From an uncultured Bacteroidales bacterium (GTDB lineage Bacteria > Bacteroidota > Bacteroidia > Bacteroidales > Muribaculaceae): DNA of 64,000 nt. Under the pieces are notes generated by a model that searched no databases, was not told where the DNA came from, and worked only from the letters and a program-made list of their open reading frames with translations. This document shows positions 20,982-27,390 of the stretch, piece after piece; position 1 is the stretch's first letter, and every line of letters starts with the position of its first letter. The translations under genes were made by a program, and so were the position numbers. Location of the stretch: contig CANSAP010000010.1 in NCBI GenBank assembly GCA_947644715.1, positions 718-64,717 of the forward strand, given 5' to 3'.

Positions 20982-21529
20982 TATAAGAAAGCGGCTTGAA
21001 GTCTCTGACAATCCGCAATGTATTCCACGTAGGCCTCCTCATCACCAATCTCACGTAGAATATCCTTCACTGACATCTCACGGTCGCGCCGTGTATTGTT
21101 CCAAGCAAGACCATGCGAGTATTCTGTTAATTCTGCGAAATTCTTATTCCTGCATATATCTATTGCATATGACAGGCATTCAACATCAGTTTCTGATAAT
21201 TCGTCCATATCGGGAGCCACGAGAGAGCGCACGATATATCTGTTATCAAACACAATAGATTTCTTGAGGGGCTCTATTTCTTCGCTCGCAGAAAAGAAGC
21301 TATCTCCTCGCAGGGCCTTGAGTATATCATCGACACATGAGGGGACCGGTCCAAATTGCATGGCGATATATGTATCGCCGGTTATACTGCGACCATACAG
21401 AGACAAATGACGCTGGTCTGCAAAATATAAAATCTTGCAAAGCTTGTGCATGTCTGTTTTCCCTCCCAATTGTTGTAGAGAGAATAGAAGTGAGTTTACT
21501 GCCTTATCGTATTTGAATAATTTATTCAT
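20981..21529 (-). CDS. Panacea (DUF4065, SocA-like) domain antitoxin
   Basis: Signature HKLCKILYFADQRHLSLYGRSITGDTYIAMQFGPVP plus C-terminal ...EYSHGLAWNNT. Start taken at MNKLFKYD (21529). An upstream ATG at 21556 is also possible. Confidence 0.8.
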   Translation of the reverse strand: MNKLFKYDKAVNSLLFSLQQLGGKTDMHKLCKILYFADQRHLSLYGRSITGDTYIAMQFGPVPSCVDDILKALRGDSFFSASEEIEPLKKSIVFDNRYIVRSLVAPDMDELSETDVECLSYAIDICRNKNFAELTEYSHGLAWNNTRRDREMSVKDILREIGDEEAYVEYIADCQRLQAAFL

Positions 21530-21548
21530 GATATCAAAAATTGAGCAG

Positions 21549-21803
21549 CTAAACATTGCTAAAACATTCCCAACCGTGTGACCTCAAATCAGCGACCAAA
21601 GTTTTGTGAGACAGGCCAAAGTCAAGAAACTCAGTTTCCGCAATATGGAATGATTCCTTTGCTTCCTCATCAGTATAGCCTGAGCCGCATAAGTCCAACG
21701 CAGGGCTATATGCGATAACGGTATTATCTTAAGTAAAGATATACACGTCTAATTTTATGGACATTCCGGTCGAGGTCTGTCTTATTTCGTTAACTGCAGC
21801 CAT
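21549..21803 (-). pseudogene. HicB/UPF0150-like antitoxin-fold gene inactivated by an in-frame TAA
   Basis: Minus-strand frame reads MAAVNEIRQTSTGMSIKLDVYIFT*DNTVIAYSPALDLCGSGYTDEEAKESFHIAETEFL... The stop codon is at 21729-21731. The x-AYSPxLxxCGSGxTxEEA core is typical of HicB-like N-domains. Confidence 0.5.
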
Positions 21804-21868
21804 ATCAGAGGTTATTTGAAATTTAGTTGGTTGCAATGCGGTATCATTGATGATGCTGCTGTCGAATG

Positions 21869-21876
21869 CAAAGTTA
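21869..21876 (-). promoter_or_regulatory. -7 promoter box (TAACTTTG on the minus strand) driving the HicB-like/PanA/PanT unit
   Basis: Plus-strand caaagtta, 65 nt upstream of the ATG at 21803. Confidence 0.5.
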
Positions 21877-21928
21877 CAAAAAAGTAACTAAAGCACCAAA
21901 GTAGTAACCGCAAATTATAGTTAAAAGT

Positions 21929-22468
21929 TTAGAGAACAGCTTCGGAAACGGAGCTGTTTCTTTTTGGTGGCCTAAGTTGTTTCCTTGGAATAATCCGTGG
22001 AATCTCCATATCGTGAAAGCAGATGTGCAGACCGATAGCTCGGGTCATGAGCATGTCGTCATGCTTGCCCACTATAGCTCCATATGCACCGTTGGGTTTA
22101 CGTTCATAGACGAGGTATTCGTCAAGGCAACGGCGGTCACGCTCTGTATATAAGTGCTCACGGATGACTTTCACCAATGAGGAAATAATCATGGGTTTGG
22201 TGGCCACATTGGTGTGGAATCCATATTTACGTGGAATTCCTTGTAATATCTCATCCTCTGACTGGCGACGTGCATAGAGATTAGGATAAATAGACGAAAT
22301 CTGATTGAGGATGTATTGCGATTGGTCGCCACCTTCAACCTGACGCTCCCGGTCGTGAGTCTCTAATGTATTGCTTTTTTGGTGCAATTGGTGCAGAAAT
22401 TTTTCCTGCACCAATTTTGTACCATTAATTATTACTGCTTTAATATGGAAACGATATACCTTGCTGAA
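21929..22468 (-). pseudogene. Phage terminase large subunit, C-terminal (nuclease-domain) fragment only
   Basis: GFHTNVATKPMIISSLVKVIRE...LDEYLVYERKPNGAYGAIVGKHDDMLMTRAIGLHI is the conserved TerL C-terminus. The frame opens just after a stop at 22469-22471, with no ATPase domain and no ATG context. Confidence 0.7.
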
Positions 22469-22560
22469 TTATTATAACAGTCTTAAAAGTTTGTGATACA
22501 GTGCGTTATATCGAATTTATATCAGGGGTATATCGTGGCTATATTGCAGGGGAATTGCCG

Positions 22561-24135
22561 TTAGAACTCGCTCGCGAAATGGAAGCGGATGGCGGGGAAG
22601 TCGCTTTGAGCCATCTGGAGGACGTAGCCGCTGTCGGCCAGGAAGACGTCGCGGCCATCTTTGTCTGTGGCCATGAACTGGTGTTTGCGGCGCTTGAAGG
22701 CTTCCAGCTCTTTCTCGTCGTCGCTCTCAATCCAGCAGGCTTTGTAGAGGCTTATCGGCTCCCAACGGCACTGCGCGCCGTATTCGTGCAGCAGGCGGTA
22801 TTGGATTACCTCAAACTGCAGCTGGCCAACGGTGCCGATAATTTTGCGGCCATTGAATTGGTTGGTGAACATCTGTGCCACACCCTCATCCATGAGCTGG
22901 CGGATTCCCTTGTCAAGCTGCTTGGCTTTCATGGGGTCGGCGTTCTCGATGTATTTGAACATCTCGGGGCTGAAGGAGGGGAGTCCCTTGAAGTGCAGTT
23001 GCTCACCCTGAGTCAGCGTGTCGCCAATCTTGAAGTTGCCGTTGTCAGGGATGCCGACGATGTCGCCGGGGAAAGCCTCGTCCACAATATTTTTCTTCTG
23101 AGCCATGAATGCGGTGGGGGCAGCAAAGCGGAGTTGCTTGCCCAGGCGCATGTGGCTGTAAGGGGCGTTGCGCTCGAATTTGCCGCTGCATACCTTCACA
23201 AAGGCTATGCAGGAGCGGTGATTGGGATCCATGTTGGCATGTATCTTGAAGACGAATCCGGTGAACTGGTCCTCTCCAGGTTTCACTTCGCGCTCCTGAG
23301 CCATGATGGGTTGCGGACAGGGAGCAATCTCCACGAAGCAGTCGAGCAGCTCCTTGACGCCGAATGTGTTCAATGCCGAGCCGAAGAAGACGGGTGCCAC
23401 TTCGCCGCGCAGGTAAGCCTCGCGGTCAAATTCCGGATAAACGCCCTCGATGAGTTCGAGGTCTTCGCGGAGCTTGGCGGCATCGGTCTCACCCACGAGT
23501 TCATCCACTTGCGGGTCGGCTACATCGGCTATCTCCACGCGCTCGGAGATGGTCTGCTTCGAGGGGGTGAAGAGATCGAGCCCCTGCTCATAGATGTTAT
23601 ACACACCCTTGAACTTTGCACCGATATTGATAGGCCAGGAGAGGGGGCGAACACTGATTTTCAGTTCTTGCTCCAGCTCATCGAGGATGTCGAAGGGATC
23701 GCGACCCTCGCGGTCAAGCTTGTTTACGAAAATGATTACCGGAGTGTTGCGCATGCGGCATACCTCCATGAGGCGGCGGGTCTGGGTCTCTACACCCTTG
23801 GCCACGTCCACAACAATGATTACCGAGTCCACGGCCGTCAGCGTTCGGAACGTGTCTTCAGCGAAGTCCTGGTGGCCGGGGGTGTCAAGGATATTGATTT
23901 TATAGTCACCGTAGTTGAAACCCATTACGGAGGTAGCCACCGAGATGCCGCGCTGTTTCTCGATTTCCATCCAGTCTGAGGTAGCGGTCTTTTTGATTTT
24001 ATTGCTTTTCACGGCACCGGCCACATGAATGGCACCGCCGAAGAGCAGCAGTTTTTCAGTGAGAGTAGTCTTACCGGCGTCAGGGTGAGAGATGATGGCG
24101 AACGTGCGCCGGCGGTTTATTTCGTCTTGTAACAT
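22561..24135 (-). CDS. prfC: Peptide chain release factor 3
   Basis: [35 protein letters not shown] GTPase motifs. 524 aa. Confidence 0.97.
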   Translation of the reverse strand: MLQDEINRRRTFAIISHPDAGKTTLTEKLLLFGGAIHVAGAVKSNKIKKTATSDWMEIEKQRGISVATSVMGFNYGDYKINILDTPGHQDFAEDTFRTLTAVDSVIIVVDVAKGVETQTRRLMEVCRMRNTPVIIFVNKLDREGRDPFDILDELEQELKISVRPLSWPINIGAKFKGVYNIYEQGLDLFTPSKQTISERVEIADVADPQVDELVGETDAAKLREDLELIEGVYPEFDREAYLRGEVAPVFFGSALNTFGVKELLDCFVEIAPCPQPIMAQEREVKPGEDQFTGFVFKIHANMDPNHRSCIAFVKVCSGKFERNAPYSHMRLGKQLRFAAPTAFMAQKKNIVDEAFPGDIVGIPDNGNFKIGDTLTQGEQLHFKGLPSFSPEMFKYIENADPMKAKQLDKGIRQLMDEGVAQMFTNQFNGRKIIGTVGQLQFEVIQYRLLHEYGAQCRWEPISLYKACWIESDDEKELEAFKRRKHQFMATDKDGRDVFLADSGYVLQMAQSDFPAIRFHFASEF

Positions 24136-24165
24136 TTCCGGGTAATCTATTGTGGAAGTGTGGAA

Positions 24166-25032
24166 TCAGTTTGCTTTAATGGTGTTGATGCAATCGCGCA
24201 ATGAGGCGCGCCAGTGGGGAAGAGTGACCCCGAAGGTGTCGCAGAATTTCTTTTTGGAGAGAAGCGAATAGGCGGGGCGGCGAGCCGGGGTGGGGTATTG
24301 CTCGGTGGGTATAGGGAGTACGCGGCAGCTGCGGATTCCGGCCTCTTCGAGCGTGGCCACAGCTAAGTCATACCATGAGGCCACGCCGGCATCCGTGAGA
24401 TGATATATGCCGGGTTGCCAGCAGGGCGCATCAATCACGGTGAGGATAGCCCGAGCCAAAGTCAAGGCAGAGGTCGGGGTGCCTATTTGGTCATCCACCA
24501 CTGAAATCTGCTCACGCTCCGAAGCCAGGCGCAGCATCGTTTTGACGAAGTTGGCGCCGTAGGGGCTGTATAACCAAGCGGTGCGCAGAATCAGGCAATC
24601 TGCGGGGAGCAGCTGCAAGGCCATCTGCTCGCCGAGCAGCTTCGTGCGTCCATAAGCCGAGCGCGGGTTGGGGATATCCTCCTCTGCCCAGGGGCGGAAA
24701 CTCTCGCCTGAAAACACGTAGTCGGTGCTGACATGCACCAGCCGAGCACCATAGGCGCGGGCAGCCTCAGCTAAATTCTTAACGGCCTCAGCGTTTATGC
24801 GCCGGGCTGTTTCCTCGTCGCTCTCAGCCTTGTCGACAGCCGTATAAGCCGCGCAATTGATAATGTAATCCGGGCGGAGGCGTGCCACATATTCGTTGAC
24901 AGCCCCGGCATCCGTGATGTCAAGGTCAGCCACATCAGTGAAATGGGCATCAATATCCGTGCCCCGGTCAAGCAGCTCGCGCAGCGTTGAGCCGAGCTGA
25001 CCCCGTGAGCCGGTAATCAACAGGCGCTTCAT
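24166..25032 (-). CDS. rfbD: dTDP-4-dehydrorhamnose reductase
   Basis: GSRGQLG Rossmann motif, YxxxK (YGRTK), 288 aa RmlD pattern. Confidence 0.92.
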   Translation of the reverse strand: MKRLLITGSRGQLGSTLRELLDRGTDIDAHFTDVADLDITDAGAVNEYVARLRPDYIINCAAYTAVDKAESDEETARRINAEAVKNLAEAARAYGARLVHVSTDYVFSGESFRPWAEEDIPNPRSAYGRTKLLGEQMALQLLPADCLILRTAWLYSPYGANFVKTMLRLASEREQISVVDDQIGTPTSALTLARAILTVIDAPCWQPGIYHLTDAGVASWYDLAVATLEEAGIRSCRVLPIPTEQYPTPARRPAYSLLSKKKFCDTFGVTLPHWRASLRDCINTIKAN

Positions 25033-25580
25033 TCTGAAAACTCCAGCTCGTTATTGAAATCCTTCTTGTAGAGCGCCGAGAGAGCAGCCAGATACTTAGA
25101 AATCTGCTGAGTGGCCTTCAGCGTCTCCTCGCTGATCTCCTTCCCCTGCATCCGGAGAAGCATGAGACCGTAGAGAGCGCTGAAGCAGGCTTCCAATTCA
25201 CCCGGCTTATTGTCGCCGGCCTTAGCGCGCAGCTCCACAATGAACGGAAGCGTGGCGTAGTACTGGTTGGCATAAGCGGCATACTTCGGGTCGGCCATCA
25301 GGCGGTTATGCAGGTCGGTCAGGGTGAGGATAACATTCTTGTTGATTTGCAGATGTCCCTTCTCAGTGACCCCTTCACGGCGCATCATGTCGATGAGACT
25401 CTCATACCATTCCTCCATCTGCCGGCGCTGTTCATCCGACAGGTCAGAGTACCGGTCTATAATATTCTTGCGGATGAGGTCCATATCGAGCTTGCAGGCA
25501 CGGATAAGATCCTCAATATGCCACATATAGAGCAGATACTCAGCAATATTTTCCTTCTTCTTAATACTGGCGTTAATCAT
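25029..25580 (-). CDS. DUF4924 family protein
   Basis: 183 aa: NIAEYLLYMWHIEDLIRA... Overlaps the rfbD start by 4 nt. This gene pair is common in Bacteroidetes. Confidence 0.6.
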   Translation of the reverse strand: MINASIKKKENIAEYLLYMWHIEDLIRACKLDMDLIRKNIIDRYSDLSDEQRRQMEEWYESLIDMMRREGVTEKGHLQINKNVILTLTDLHNRLMADPKYAAYANQYYATLPFIVELRAKAGDNKPGELEACFSALYGLMLLRMQGKEISEETLKATQQISKYLAALSALYKKDFNNELEFSE

Positions 25581-25699
25581 AGTGCAAAATTAGTAAAAAT
25601 CCCTCAGACGGCGAAAACCATCAGCAGCAAAGTGCGGGAGTCTTGAGGAATCGGAGTGAATATTTTTTTTATAACGTTGCGGGAGTGAAAAAGTATTGT

Positions 25700-25707
25700 T
25701 AACTTTG
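25700..25707 (+). promoter_or_regulatory. -7 promoter box TAACTTTG for ncRNA-like element A
   Basis: Same box and same context (attgNtaactttgcg) as at 45718. Confidence 0.6.
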
Positions 25708-25711
25708 CGGC

Positions 25712-26026
25712 GCTGGCCGACAATGCAGAAGCCCGGTTGCGGGCAAAGCGGGAGGGTTAGCGCGACATACTAAAAGCGTTTACTGACGCACATTCCTGGC
25801 ACTTGGAAATCTGGAAAATTTCAATTGGAGTCAAGAATGCGGCAAGCGGTAGATGTCTTAGTGGATATGTGTATTCTGCCTGAACCGACGCGAGAGCGTG
25901 GGTGTCGGGCGCATAGCATATTCTGCGTGAGGCTTCTGCATGTTTGCTCGTTCTACTCCAATGGGCATTCCAGAGCCTCCAAGTGTGGGACGGGCAACAA
26001 AGTGGCTTCACGCCTTTGTTTTTTCG
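25712..26026 (+). ncRNA. Unclassified structured RNA element, copy A (stand-alone sRNA or cis-regulatory leader)
   Basis: Homologous to 45730-46042. Conservation is not frame-consistent. Shows compensatory changes in several predicted helices and a 3' stem plus U-tract. See findings. Confidence 0.55.
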
Positions 26027-26111
26027 GAACCTTTGGGAGATGTCGTGATTCAGTCGCTTTTTGCAGCGTGAGAACAGAACTTATACATATAACCACTTAA
26101 AATCAAATAAG

Positions 26112-26669
26112 ATGAAAAAAATCATTTCCGCCATCCTGCTGTGTGCCATCGCACTCCTTGGCCTGTCAACCACATCATGCAAACGATTCAAGATTCCCGT
26201 TGGGAAAGTGGCGAGCCACATGTCGTCCGGTTCGCACTCCGGTAGTGAATTGACCGATACAGAGGAACAGCTCCACGGCACCTGGACGACGACATCCACC
26301 GAAACCGAATATGAGGATGGAGAAAAATTTGAGTACAAGACAATTGTTTCAACTTATTACATCAACCATTCGTTTCATACGACAGTAAAATATCAGCAAG
26401 TGTCACCAATGCCGATGACTTTGTTCGTTATCAAATATTCAGGTAAATATCACGCCGATTCCGAATCTCTGACGGAGATTCTCAATGAGGATAGCGTGAG
26501 TGTGGAGTTTGTCCTTAAGGGGGGTGATCCGGAGGATGTGAAAGAGGAGTTCCTCCAGGCTCTGAGAGAGGAAGGAAAGAAAGATGTCTATAAGATTCTG
26601 GAGCTTACAGATGACCGCATGCTCCTTGAGGATGAAGACGGAAGTGTTGGTAAATTTGTGCGGGAGTAA
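26112..26669 (+). CDS. Hypothetical lipoprotein
   Basis: Lipobox MKKIISAILLCAIALLGLSTTSC. No family recognised. Confidence 0.7.
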   Translation: MKKIISAILLCAIALLGLSTTSCKRFKIPVGKVASHMSSGSHSGSELTDTEEQLHGTWTTTSTETEYEDGEKFEYKTIVSTYYINHSFHTTVKYQQVSPMPMTLFVIKYSGKYHADSESLTEILNEDSVSVEFVLKGGDPEDVKEEFLQALREEGKKDVYKILELTDDRMLLEDEDGSVGKFVRE

Positions 26670-26703
26670 TTCCGGCAGCTGTTAAACGCTAATAAGGAAA
26701 CTC

Positions 26704-27234
26704 ATGAACAGAGAGACATATAACGGCGAGGCAAAAGCCTCTTTGCGGAAATTCACCGGTTTGATTCCTCGGGGTCTCAGACATTCAGTATTGGGCTTGT
26801 CTCTGCTCGTTGCAGGTGCGGGCGCATTGACTGCCCGGGCCGCAGAGATAGCAGATATTGAAGAAGAGCGTGTGACTGAGTGCTCCGCAGAAAACACCAC
26901 CCCCGATGCTGAGAAAATCTTTGCAGCCGCAGATCAGCCGGCATCATTTCCCGGGGGCAAAGCGGCTCTGATGCAATGGATAGGCACCAATCTCCGCTAT
27001 CCCGTAAGCGCGCAAGAGAAAGGTGTGCAGGGCAAGGTTGTGGTGAAATTCGTTATAGAAAAAGATGGAAGCATTACGAATCCCACAGTAGTGCGCAGTG
27101 TCAATCAGGATCTTGATAAAGAGGCCATACGCATAGTGCACATGATGCCGAAGTGGGTTCCGGCCAAGATTGACGGCAACGTGGTGCGGTCTTACTGCAC
27201 TTTGCCGATAGGATTCCGTTTGCGGGGCAATTAA
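26704..27234 (+). CDS. TonB C-terminal-domain protein (energy transducer TonB family)
   Basis: PASFPGGKAALMQWIGTNLRYPVSAQEKGVQGKVVVKFVIEKDGSITNPTVVRS... Confidence 0.8.
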   Translation: MNRETYNGEAKASLRKFTGLIPRGLRHSVLGLSLLVAGAGALTARAAEIADIEEERVTECSAENTTPDAEKIFAAADQPASFPGGKAALMQWIGTNLRYPVSAQEKGVQGKVVVKFVIEKDGSITNPTVVRSVNQDLDKEAIRIVHMMPKWVPAKIDGNVVRSYCTLPIGFRLRGN

Positions 27235-27284
27235 CGCCGCCTCGGATGCGCGCCGCCATGAAAAATCAGGGATAGTTTTGGCGC

Positions 27285-27321
27285 TTCAGGATTTTTTTCT
27301 ACCTTTGCCAAAAATCCTGAA
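27285..27321 (+). promoter_or_regulatory. fbp promoter: TACCTTTG -7 box (27300-27307) bracketed by a perfect 12-bp inverted repeat (candidate operator)
   Basis: ttcaggattttt (27285-27296) and aaaaatcctgaa (27310-27321) are exact reverse complements. A third half-site, ttcaggatt, is at 27345-27353. Confidence 0.5.
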
Positions 27322-27390
27322 TTGCCGGCGAATGTTGCAGCGTCTTCAGGATTGAGGATGCTGCAACTGCATTGTCGGAACACACACTCA

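Larger units (their letters stand above)
19885..22500. mobile_element. Degraded prophage-derived islet carrying toxin-antitoxin genes (no integrase, no intact phage gene)
   Basis: AT-rich relative to the flanks (sampled lines around 43% GC versus about 60% in prfC). Contains two 5'-truncated phage-type gene fragments (TerL, and one tentatively portal-like), a PanA-type TA pair and a HicB-like pseudogene. Confidence 0.7.

Noticed and set aside
22501-23979. 492-aa ORF on the plus strand
   Set aside because: It lies entirely antisense to prfC, whose translation is unambiguous. Its composition (E/L/A/G/V-rich, low complexity) is what the mirror frame of a GC-rich gene gives. It has no promoter box or plausible start context.
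25825-26100. 91-aa ORF overlapping RNA element A, and the 83-aa ORF at 45871-46122 overlapping element B
   Set aside because: The nucleotide blocks shared by the two loci are read in different frames in the two ORFs. One ORF starts at TTG. Neither encodes a recognisable protein. The conservation pattern fits RNA helices instead.
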